Source: Tubiluchus corallicola
Lineage: Eukaryota; Animalia; Priapulida
Assembly: GCA_030141605.1 (NCBI GenBank)
Contig: JAQGDQ010000345.1
Coordinates: forward strand, 138,285 to 202,284
Length of the DNA stretch: 64,000 nt
Direction of reading: 5' to 3'
Shown here: positions 1-11,307 of the stretch, piece by piece
Numbering within the stretch: the stretch's first letter is position 1
How the letters are laid out: each line of letters starts with the position of its first letter
Program-made: the position numbers and the translations under genes
The notes under the pieces: model-generated
What the model was told of the DNA's origin: nothing
The model's database searches: none
Seen by the model: the letters and a program-made list of their open reading frames with translations, nothing else

Positions 1-2464
1 GAAAAAAAAAATAAAACAAAAATTGCATTTTAATAATTCACCAAATCAAAACACAAGATGCCATTTTCCAGCAGCACACTTTTAGCTAATAATGCCTAAC
101 ATGCAGTAGGGCCTAATTACTTTACAAGCTAGTGAAAGATTCATATTGCAACAGATCAACGTAATTCACAATGTTCGTATAAAATCTGCATTTTTTAATA
201 CTACAGTTATTAGCTATGCTGCCATTTTAAAATGTACACTCTCCTCAGATTACCTAAACTGTCATATAGTCTCCTTTGAAAACAAAGCGGCATTAAAAAG
301 ATTGAATTTGGGGGAATAGATAGAGTCATGATATGTGCTTAACAGTGAAAGTTAAGCAGCATAGGACTTGTTTAGTTAATGGATTGTTGACTGATACGAA
401 AATTGCTTCTAGGCAGTATCATGAGCTGGTCCCAAAAACTGCTCTCTTTGAAAAAGATCAATTTGATTCACATCTGAGAGTGACTATGTCATGTCTTCCG
501 ATTCACTGTCACACCATGAAGCATTTTTCTTAATAATTAGCTAGGTTGCAAGCATGTCTTAATCATCTACATTAACCAGGTCTTGCTGCATAGTGGGTTA
601 CGAATGCTATGGGGGCGGTCAGCCCCAAGAACACTTTTGATCTATTGTAATGTTATTCAATCAATGATGCAATGCCTAAAACAATTATTTTCCCTGACGT
701 CACTGCTTAGTACTGGAAGTTTAACACAGTGTAATATTGTTTAGTATGTTTGTACTGTTTTATGAGTAAGATACTGACACCCAAAGTTCAGTACACATTT
801 CTGAGTGATGTAATGTACAGGTTGATACATAATTTTTTGTTGGCCGTTTGGGTTACAGAAACGACGAATAACAATATGGAACGATGTGTTACATGAAAAG
901 GTTACTGAACAATAGAGAATCCATCATGCAGTCAAAGTTCAGCATGAAAGGCCTGTAATCAGAAAACTAAAAGATTAAACGTTTTCAAATTGAACTGAAT
1001 AACTTAGAAATTCACCGGACAACAACTCCGCCAAACATATTAGAGCTATACGAAAGACAGCAGATGGAATGCTAGGATGATGAAAAAAATAAATTAGTAT
1101 TCTATAGATAAGCTTCTGAGATATCTGCATAGATGTATGCGGGTGTTGAGTTCCTTGAGTCACTACTTCAATCACACCCTTAAGAATGCAGGCTGTCCGA
1201 CACATATGAGGCTTCCACACCAAAGTTTCTGGGCGTGATAGATTCATTATTGTTTCAGCAGGACTTTGATATAATAGATTGAACTGCACTGTTACTCACA
1301 GTTTTCATACCCCTCTAGCAAAAGCTTATGAAGCACCTTGTATGTTCAAATTCATGAATTCTGTTTTATCAAACTTAGTTATTCTGGGTTTTGTTGTTTT
1401 TTGAAGTGTGCAATATATATATATATATACTTCTGCATATGCTGCTAGTGTTTTATTATTTTATCTACTTAACCCCAGATATGAGTAAATCACAGTTGAG
1501 AAGTCTTGCCATATTAGCACAGCAAATGGCAGATGAACTACCATACATTTTACCAATGTCATTAAAGGTTTTGCTTGAATAGAAAAGTATGAAAAATAGC
1601 TTGTGGAACATTATAGCTATTTTTTTCACTTAAGAATAAGCATAAGTTAACAAATTTACTTGTATACATGTACATAATTTCCAGTTTTTGATATGAGTTT
1701 AACAAAAAAAAGCATGTTTCATGCATATGTATATTTTACCAGGCATGGGGCATCAAACTCAAGGAGTACAATAGGCAGCACAAGCTCAGTTTAAACAAGT
1801 ACAGTTTAATTAGACCATACTGCTAAACATTGGTCATCACATAAAACTCTGATAAACTGATTAGTTTGTAGACACAAATAGCAAATGATATCACATCTGC
1901 TGCAAGAGTGCATATTGTCAGTAATAATAGTAAATGCAAGTTAATACACTGGAATAATATAATTGCATAAGTGACATAAAACTATTTTAGCTTTGGGTAT
2001 CGTGCTAACAAAATCGTTTGAAAAGCAAAATCTTAACATGCATTATGCAGGGCTTCACCTTATCATGTTAAGGTTTATAAGTTTATTGTAATATACAATA
2101 TACAAAAGCAAACGAAAATATTATTTTTACAAGCACAATAAAAATAAAGTACAGCTTGTAAAGCAAGTGTTAAAAAACATCGAGTCTACAACGATATTTT
2201 TATGACGTGAAGGTGTTGAAGTCCACTGACTTATTCACCCCAATCACCCATTTATGTAGCAATAAATGGCCTACATACTTAACTTTTGTTAGCTGACTTA
2301 TAAAATACAAATTAAGACCTATTAAGGACAATTAAAATCTTAATTAAAAACAGTAAAGATTATGATAATAAAGTGACTTAAATCACTTCAAGCCATTAAA
2401 CTTACTTCTATAATATATATATTATAATAGCAAGTAATATAGTCTCATAGTCATAATTAGTGCC

Positions 2465-3869
2465 CTACGAGAATTTATGATCTGAGCAACACAGCAGTTG
2501 TTTTGGGAATTCAAAAAGTGCATCGATAAGCCTAAAATAGAAGAAGCTATAGCAATGAGAGATAACCAAGGTGAGATCCAATAGGACCCAGAAAAAATTA
2601 AGACGATTAAAATGAAATTGTCCGACAGGGAACAGTGCTGGGACCATTATTATGTTGTGATGCAATAAACCGGATTAATGAGATGTGACGACAGAGAGTG
2701 TAATGGGCAGGAATATACATGTGGGTATGTTATTATTTATTGATGATATTGTGGGAATAGGACAAGAAACCATAATCAAACAGACGATTAAAAACTGTCA
2801 AGAAATTGAAAGAACCAAAAGATTATCATTCAATATACAAAAAACACAATATATGAGAACAAACATGACACGAAAGAATAGGATTCCAGTATTATGTGAG
2901 TCACTAAGGAACGGAGAGGTTAAGGAAGCAAAGGAATACCAATATTTGGGAGATTGGTTTAATACAATAGGAAGTGAGCTGAAACTGGGAGATTGCTCAA
3001 TAGGGGTTAAACTAATGCTATACGAGCTTCTTTCAGTGAGTGCAGTGCTAAATAGTTCTGAAACATGGTCAAATTTGATAACCACTGATTGGGAGAAATT
3101 AGAAAAAATTCAAGCAAATGCTTTAAAACCTTATTTAATTTTAGCAAATCAACACCATACTGGGGATTAGTAATGTTCTATCGGAAATTACTGATTAGTA
3201 AACCAAAGAGATTAGCATCAGAGGCACTCGAAATGCAAATAAACAGTGCACATGAAAAGTCATGGTATAATGAAGTAGTTGAGGCTGCAGAAAAACATAC
3301 CATAGATGCTAATAAAGAAAGGGTGAAGGTCTTGAAAAAGTCTGAATGGAAAAAAGAAATAAAGAATAAGAATGAATGCTTTATAAGGAATGAATGTGCA
3401 GAAAAATGCAGGAGCAGCACTAAATTAAGATTTTTAAAACATACTAAGTGGAAACGACAAAATTACATAGCCACAAGCCAGAAGAGGTTAAAGATATATT
3501 GAAAATAAGACTGAATATGATTAAAGTTAAAGGAAACTACAAGAATGAGTTTAAGGAACAGTTATTATGACCAGTGTGTGGGGAAGATGATGATACTACT
3601 GAACATGTGCTTAAATGTGGCAGATATGCAGAATGGAAGAAAAATTTGAACCCGGATATATTAATGAACAGTGAAAAAGGAGCATTGCTAAAAATCAGAA
3701 ATCTAGTGAACGAATGCATGGAATACAGGATAAAGACAAATAAAGACATTAAAGTGGGAAAAGACAACTAAAAGATCAGCGTTACAGAAAAATAGACTTT
3801 GTGCCCTATAAAGGTGCCCGCCTCTGATAGGTGGAGAGAGTCGAGTATCGCAAGCGCAAGCGCAAAAAA
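2465..3869 (+). mobile_element. 5'-truncated, frameshifted non-LTR retrotransposon (LINE, RTEX-like; clade uncertain), copy 1
   Basis: RT motifs EIVRQGTVLGPLLC (~2617-2660) and MLLFIDDIVG, then EYQYLG. C-terminal zinc finger remnant (C)PVCGEDDDTTEHVLKC. Frameshifts and stops are present. The 3' tail is CGCAAGCGCAAGCGCAAAAAA. Confidence 0.9.
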
Positions 3870-4933
3870 CACGTTCATTTGTATAGGCTACACAGTATTG
3901 CCCATCACTGCTGTGAGTCAGTGCTGTATTTCGGGAAATAATATTTCAAAAATTGAATAGCAAGACGACAAACAGCAATTAAATAATTAAAATTAACAAC
4001 GAAGTTACGACGAAAAGTACAATGACTACGACATAGACATATAAAACAAACAATACTATAAAAATCAATAAACACATACAATTTCTAGTCGCTTTTGTAA
4101 AAACTAACTGTAGACGGCCTCAAACATACTCACATTTATTGAGAGAGTACCAAAACAATAACATTACAATGTAATTTTTTACGAGCCTGACTGTCTGCAA
4201 TTTGACGTCGTGAAGAGGCATCACTGGAAATCATTATTGAGTTTTTCTTTTTTGCCAGTGTAATCATTGTTGCACACTTCATGGATTTTAGTGACTCACA
4301 CCGAACCACAAAGGTTATGCCGGATGAAAATCAAATTGAATGATCTAGCCTGACCTGTCACAGAAAGACATGTACGCAGAAAATTATTAATTTTTAATTT
4401 TTAACAAGGACTAATAGCAAATCAATAATAGCAAAATAATAAAATTAGTTTTTAATTTTAATCCTATAATTGCAAATTTGTTATTAAAATTTTGACTTGA
4501 TATTGCAAATTTTTAGCACATATAGCTGTGCTCATTACTGATGTGTCTTATGCGTAATGCTTTTTTGCGATAATAAGAATATAAAATAGATGAAAAATGC
4601 AAAATAAATAGAGCCTCTGAAATAACTTGCTATTGCAATAACACAGAAATGCAAATTTCAAAAGCTGAAATGCAGGTTCAAAATTTCATGGAGGATTTCT
4701 ATTAAACAATAAAGCTAATAATGCGATTCTTACTGTTGATGGCGATGATGATGACGATGGTGACAAAGATGGTAATGATGATGATGATGATAATCTGACA
4801 ATCAATCGTTTTCTGCGAATCAATAGTAGCATGTTTTAATTTTGACAGTATGAATTATGAAGACGCCACAAGCACAACAAAAGATGTAAATCGAACCAAA
4901 ACCTTGGTTATCATTAACAGTGAAAGATTATTA

Positions 4934-4956
4934 TCTACTATTATATTAATATTCTT

Positions 4957-4992
<36 letters not shown>

Positions 4993-6748
4993 ATACGAGG
5001 CTACAGCCCGGACGAGGGCACCATTTGCGGCGATCTATATATCAAACGAAAGGTCTCGATCTAGTGTCGTGCCATTGATGGTTTATTTTTCGAATCGGGC
5101 CCACCGGGAGGAACGGGAGGCGAAAAACCTCCAAAAATGGCCATTTTTCGGCCGTTTTTTGCAAAAGTTATACGGCTGAGATGTAGAGAACGGGAACGGG
5201 CCGAGGGGGGTGCTGGGTATGGATAGATAGCCCGTTCAGCGGTGGGTGTAGTAGGCCTATTTAGAATTCCCGAGAGGGCCACGGCGCCCCACAACGGGCG
5301 TTTTCCCGGACCCAACTCGCGATTTTTTCGAAATTTTGAAAAATGTTTGGAATGGTTTTGTTGTAATGCTGTGCTGTTGGTGCTTGTGCTATAGGTGTTG
5401 TCATCGTTGCCACCATCATCATCATCATCATCAACATCATGATCACCACGTGAGGTGGTGGATTTGATGTGGTGTGGTGGTGGTGTGCTTTGTGTGTTGT
5501 GCTATGGATGGTGTGGTGGGGTGATAGGGTGTGTGGGGTGTAGTGTGGGTAGTGTGGTATGGAGTGGGTGGCGTGGTGTGTGGGTGTTGTAGTGCAGTGT
5601 GGTGTTATGGTGTGGTGCAGTGTGGTGTGATGTGGTGGAGTATTATGGTGTGGGTGGTGTGGTGTGTGGGTGGTGCGGTGTGGTGTGGTGTGGTGCAGTG
5701 GTATGGTGTGGTGCAGTGTGGTGTGATGTGGTGGAGTCGTATGGTGTGGTTGGTGTGGTGTGGTATGTGGGTCGTGCGGTGTGCTGCAGTGGTATGTTGT
5801 GGTGCGGTGTGGTGTGATGTGGTGGAGTGGTATGGTGTGGGTGGTGTGGTGTGTAGTGGGTGGGTGGTGTGGTGCAGTGTGGTGTTATGGTGCCGTGCTG
5901 TGCGGTGTGATGTGGTGGAGTATTATGGTGTGGGTGGTGTGGTGTGGTGTGTGGGTGGTGTGGTGCAGTGGTATGGTGTGGTGCAGTGTGGTGTGATGTG
6001 GTGGAGTCGTATGGTGTGGGTGGTGTGGTGTGTGGGTGGTGCGGTGTGCTGCAGCGGTATGGTGTGGTGCGGTGTGGTGTGTAGGTGGGTGGGTGGTGTG
6101 GTGCAGTGTGGTGTTATGGTGTGGTGCTGTGTGGTGTGGTGTTATGGTGTGGTGCTGTGCGGTGTGATGTGGTGGAGTATTATGGTGTGGGTGGTGTGGT
6201 GTGTTGGTGGTGTGGTGCAGTGGTATGGTGTGGTGCAGTGTGGTGTGATGTGGTGGAGTCGTATGGTGTGGGTGGTGTGGTGTGTGGGTGGTGCGGTGTG
6301 CTGCAGCGGTATGGTGTGGTGCAGTGTGGTGTGTAGGTGGGTGGGTGGTGTGGTACAGTGTGGTGTTATGGTGTGGTGCTGTGTGGTGTGGTGCAGTGTG
6401 GTGTTATGGTGTGGTGCTGTGCGGTGTGATGTGGTGGAGTATTATGGTGTGGGTGGTGTGGTGTGTGGGTGGTGTGGTGCAGTGGTATGGTGTGGTGCAG
6501 TGTGGTGTGATGTGGTGGAGTGGTATGGTGTGGGTGGTGTGGTGTGTAGGTGGTATGGTGTGGTGTGGGTGGTGTGGTGTGTAGGTGGGTGGGTGGTGTG
6601 GTGCAGTGTGGTGTTATGGTGTGGTGCTGTGTGGTGTGATGTGGTGGAGTGGTATGGTGTGGTGCAGTGTGGTGTGATGAGGTGGAGTGGTGTGGTGTGG
6701 GTTTTGTGTTGATTTGTGCACAAAATTCTTTTTGTGGGGTTTGGCTAG
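4934..6748 (+). mobile_element. Non-autonomous Helitron-like element containing (TA)n, a GC-rich core and a GT-rich tandem array
   Basis: 5' end A|TCTACTATTATA. 3' end has the hairpin CACAAAA-ttct-TTTTGTG followed by GGGTTTGGCTAG|T. No TSD. It is flanked on both sides by ATT repeats, so it inserted at A|T. Confidence 0.7.
5452..6701 (+). repeat. GT-rich minisatellite array built on a GTGTG/GTG backbone with a recurring ~40-50 nt higher-order unit
   Basis: Repeated blocks such as GTGGTGCAGTGTGGTGTGATGTGGTGGAGT(A/C/G)(T/G)TATGGTGTGGGTGGTGT. Confidence 0.95.
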
Positions 6749-6930
<182 letters not shown>

Positions 6931-8145
6931 AGCCTTGAAATGGTTATTTTAATATAAATCCCTGCTGTGAGTTGTTTAGTGCCAATAACACCTGTTTTTT
7001 TTTATCATAAATGCGCCTGCATGTACTTCTTACCGTTAAACATACACACATTAGATGCGAAATGTTACAATTGTATTGAAAGGTTGCCTTCAAAATAGTA
7101 ACTTGGTAATTGTACAGTTAATATAGCAGCTGCATTCGCCAATGCAGTGCAGCCACTACATTAATTTGCATCATCACATTCCCTGCAGCAAACAACACAC
7201 ACCACATGTATGTATAGGTTATGCAGACATGGTTAACAAACTAACGGACAAAATATAATAAACTATTTCTCTCTTATTGTCAGTATAGTGTTGCTCTCCA
7301 CATAATCTTGCCAATTCATTATCATTGTCATCATCATTATCAGAGGCATAAACATCATCATTGTCATTGTAATTATCTTCATTAATAATGTGATCATCAT
7401 CATCATCTTCACCACCTCATCATTATCATCGTGTAGTTAGAGCAATTCATGAAAGACTATTTGGAAGTTCACTTTTTGCTAATGCTTTACTGGACCGTTT
7501 ATATTCTAGTTTTACAAGTTTTGCAACGTGTATTATCATATAAAAGCTATGATATTTAATTTCCCTTCACAATAGTAATACAATTCTCTTAACAATTATT
7601 ATTGTAAATATAGTGGCGCTAAAAAGGGCGACAGGAAGAAGTTTCGTTCATTCAGCATAATTGCTTTATATAGTATGTTCTAATTATAAATGAGTGATAT
7701 TTAGATTTTCCATTTCATCGTAATTAAATTGTGTAATGTGTGCTATCATTTTATTACTAACAGATAAATGAAGCAAATTCTAGTAATTTTTATTTGAATC
7801 ACAACTTTCTGTAAGAGCAGTTAGTTTTATTACGCGGACATTATTTTTGCAACACGTAGACTATTTATTACGTTACTTTTGATAAAAGCTTTATTCAATT
7901 CTCCAAAGCATGTATACTGGGAGAAGTAGTACCAAAAACTGTAATATAGAGCATGCAGCCTAGAACAGTGGGTCTTGCTAATTGGCATCTTTGACGATCC
8001 CTTGACGGTGCTGCCACCGGGCGGACGTGGTGGCAGTGCAACGTTCCAGAAAAGAAGTCCCATATTAAAAAACAACGGGGTCAGACCAAAGTGGTCAGAC
8101 TGTGATTTTGTCTGAAGCTTTAGGCTTGATGACACGAGTAAAAGG

Positions 8146-8160
8146 ATGTCTGTTGCTAAG
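8146..8160 (+). CDS. ATOX1: ATOX1 coding exon 1 (MSVAK)
   Basis: ATG TCT GTT GCT AAG|gtaatt; phase 0 matches exon 2. Confidence 0.75.
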
Positions 8161-9945
8161 GTAATTACTTTAGCAATATGTTTTTAAAATTTGCATTGCA
8201 GTATATAATTTTTTACTTCAGAAAATCAGTCAGTTGGGGGACCCTGCAAAAATAATTTTTCAAGAAAAGTACTTGTCAAATGAAAAGATAACCGTAACAA
8301 ATGTAAGACATCTAGCAGAAGACAGAGGGCATAATAAAAATAATGTTTAGAGGGAGGTTAGTATTAAATGAAAAGTAAGTGACAGTAATAAGAACTCTGT
8401 CAGGTGTAAATAGTTGAATAAACTGCAACTCTAGATTCTTCTTCTAGTACTAGAAACAAAACTGATTAATAAATGGCTAAAATATGAGAGAGAGCTACCC
8501 TGAGTCTTGTGGCTCTTGCAGCCACTGTTTTTATATTTTATAACCACATGCACCTAATTGATTTTAACCTGTGTCTTTTCAGACTTACGAAATTGATTTT
8601 GGAATGACATGTGAAGGATGTCTAGGTGCAGCGAAAAGAGTTCTTGCAAAAGTTAATGGTAACCTGTGATGCAGGCGCGGAGTATGGCAGTAGCCGAAGT
8701 AGGAGACTTCTGCTGAAGCGCATGTACTAAATTTCCGGAAAAGCAGTGTCGTACATAGGCAGCCCAATTAGGGCACTGGTAATCTCTGTCGAAAATCGAG
8801 AATTATGACAATTGTCCTGCTTCGGCTAGTGTGCTACTCCGCTCCCAACATGTGACATGTGTTTCATATTTTTAAAGCCCGCTCTGCACATGTTGATGAC
8901 ATATTTAATGTGATACTAGAGTATCGCAATGTATGCAATTTCTACCTCTTTGCTCTCGAACTGGATTAAAATAATTGCCAACAAATTCTGTACAATTTGG
9001 TACAATAAATTATATCATTTAGCATAGAATATCAACACTTAATATCAACATTTATAAACATGTATAGATGTACTCTAATGCAAACTAGTGCCTCATTTTA
9101 TTCTTCAGAATTTATTTGCATTTTGAGTTAATCATAACAAATACTAATTTGTTAACTATTGTAATGTGAAACTATTTTTTCAGGCCTGTAGTGCTATTTC
9201 TATTCATGGTCAGTACAGAGATGATGAGTTCACATAATGTCTTCTTGTCAATATTTCTGTAATGCATTAATAACATGTCTTAATTCCGTGTTATTTGTCC
9301 TCAAGTTTCCTTTGCAGCATTGTACAATAAGCCTTTTCACAGTTCCAGCGATTGATGATGATCTCGAAAAGGTCAAAGGTTAAGTGAACCAGACAACAAT
9401 TTGTGCAAACTTGACAATGCCTCGCAGCCTATGCTATTGTTATAGTAACAGTTTTAACAGCTGGCTAGAATTTTACCTAGTTCATTTTTTCTTGTTCCCA
9501 AGCAAGATCCTGCTATTAAATCACTCTGCACACAGACTAATGCATAATTAAGTAGAGTCCACGTAAAACTGAAGGTACTAAACTGATGCAGCAGACGGTT
9601 TCGCTTTACCCACATGTCATGTGACGGTTGTAGTTAAGACTCATTGCTATGGTACACTACAGCAACTGCACGTGTGCACAACGAAACTCTGAAAAGGCTT
9701 ATTGATGTACGTCTATGCATTACCTTGCATTGCATTCTCCTTGCGTTGCAGTGAAATCCACAAGAGTGCAAATGAGTTACTGTAACAATTTCTTTCTCTT
9801 TAAAATTTTAGTTGACCAAGTGGAAGCTGACATAGAGAAAAGGAAGTTATACATCACTACAGACATTGCACTTGATGATGTTCTAGCTGCTCTGAAGAAG
9901 ACGGGAAAATCTGTTAACTACGTTGGTGAAAAAGCTGTGACATAA
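8146..9945 (+). CDS. ATOX1: Copper chaperone ATOX1/ATX1 (HMA domain), 74 aa, 3 coding exons
   Basis: Exons 8146-8160, 8583-8658 and 9812-9945 with GT-AG introns and consistent phases (0, 1). Spliced product: MSVAK-TYEIDFGMTCEGCLGAAKRVLAKVN-VDQVEADIEKRKLYITTDIALDDVLAALKKTGKSVNYVGEKAVT*. It has the MxCxxC copper site and the KKTGK motif. Confidence 0.95.
8583..8658 (+). CDS. ATOX1: ATOX1 coding exon 2 (MTCEGC)
   Basis: ttttcag| acceptor and G|gtaacc donor. Confidence 0.95.
8677..8842 (+). other. GC-rich inverted-repeat element predicted to fold as a multibranched RNA, in ATOX1 intron 2; function unknown
   Basis: 8677-8704 pairs with 8815-8842 (23 Watson-Crick pairs, 2 G-U, 3 mismatches) and encloses four small hairpins. 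Confidence 0.6.
9812..9945 (+). CDS. ATOX1: ATOX1 coding exon 3
   Basis: ttttag| acceptor; LKKTGKSVNYVG; TAA stop. Confidence 0.95.
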
Positions 9946-10192
9946 ACGTTTCGAATTACTAATTAGTATTGTCTAATGAAAAGTGATTGTTTAAGAAGCG
10001 GGTAATGTGTGATTTTTTTTATTTCTTGTTCAGACCTTTTCGACATTAATGCTTATTCATGAGATTCATCTATGACATTATTTGCTTGGTGTCATAGTAA
10101 TCTATTATAATAAGATAACAGCTTGTACCCAGCAAATTGAAATTAATGGAAATTTAATAAGCTGATAGCTTATTCTGGTCCTTTTTTTAATA

Positions 10193-11307
10193 CAGTAGAC
10201 TCTACATAATTCTAGTCTGTATAATTTGGAATATTGTTCATTTCATATAGATTCAATAGAATAGATTTGTTTCTGTATAACTTAACGCTTAAACAATCGG
10301 AAAACTCCGTATTTTAACTCGGTATATTGCTGTATTCAGTATATTTTAGGAAAACAGTTTACTCAAAATCCATTGTATTTGCTTTGCATATCTCGGACAC
10401 GCAGAAACATTGTCAATACAATGAATGCGGATTTCCCGTCAGTTGAGATGTAAAAAAAACAGGAAAACTAATCTATTAATACTACTGCATATTTGTGCAT
10501 GTGACACGTGCAAATTGCCTTGCTTCGTAAGGAATTTATATGCCTGTAATTGATTGATTCTACCCTTTTAATAAAATGGCAAAGTGGAACACAACATGTC
10601 GAACTTTGGAGGAAAAGTTGCAAAGAAACAGGAGAAAAAATTGACAAACATCAACTTTACATCAAATTAGGTAGTGACTAAAACTCGGATTAGAAGTGAA
10701 ATTGGATATTTTGAAAGAGAGAGAGAGTAGGAAGGGAGAGAGAGAGAGACTGGAGAGAAAAAGAGCGCATGGGGAGAAAGGAGAGAAAGGGTGTTATAGA
10801 GAAACTGGTAGCATTTTATTTACCTTATGTAATGTTCAAAGCAAACTGATCATGTTTATACAGATTCCAAAGTTCTGATTGCTCAGACTTCCACTGTCCA
10901 TATCAGTAGGCCCTGACAGACTGTCTTTCTCAATAAATGCAGACGGCATTTTATGCACATATGCGGTTATTTCAAATTTCACTGCTGATCATATAATTAT
11001 GATAACTGGATGGTTCTTCTTGAGTTGTTGTGCGGTGGGTAAGTAACTGCCATTAGGGCTGACTGCTGGGTATTTTTTATTATGCATTATTCAAACCAGC
11101 TTGAGTCGGTCGACAGTTAGACATTTTAAAGCAAACTAAGTAATATTTAGCTGTAAGCAGGCTTATATTTCAATAAATAGCTATCTAGGCACAAGCACAC
11201 AATCAAAAAATGAATGCCAGAGTATGCACCTTCGCTAAACTCGGTTTATCGCAGTATCCTGACAGTTTCTTTGGCCCCTAATCGTCCAAATTACATGGAA
11301 TTTACTG
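10193..11307 (+). mobile_element. Old Tigger/pogo-like (Tc1/mariner) deletion derivative
   Basis: TA|CAGTAGACTCTACATAATT versus the reverse complement of the right end, CAGTAAATTCCATGTAATT (14/19). Transposase start remnant MAKWNTTCRTLEEKL at ~10576. Confidence 0.6.

Noticed and set aside
5452-6701. Telomere-like or CRISPR-like array
   Set aside because: There are no TTAGG/TTAGGG units and no constant repeat with unique spacers; the array is internal to a Helitron-like element in a eukaryote.
5531-6712. 393-aa V/W/C/G-rich ORF and overlapping His/Thr/Pro-rich ORFs
   Set aside because: These are translations of the GT satellite; stops are absent for compositional reasons.
8666-8856. ATOX1 intronic structure as a canonical C/D or H/ACA snoRNA, RNase P/MRP or vault RNA
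   Set aside because: The boxes are imperfect (GTGATGC, GTGA), the ACA spacing is longer than canonical, there is no P4 pseudoknot motif and no Pol III terminator. Kept as an unknown structure.
9221-9362. Box C motifs ATGATGA in ATOX1 intron 2
   Set aside because: No box D CTGA or terminal stem at a suitable distance.
10696-10878. Charged 60-aa ORF
   Set aside because: GA-rich simple repeat inside the Tigger remnant.
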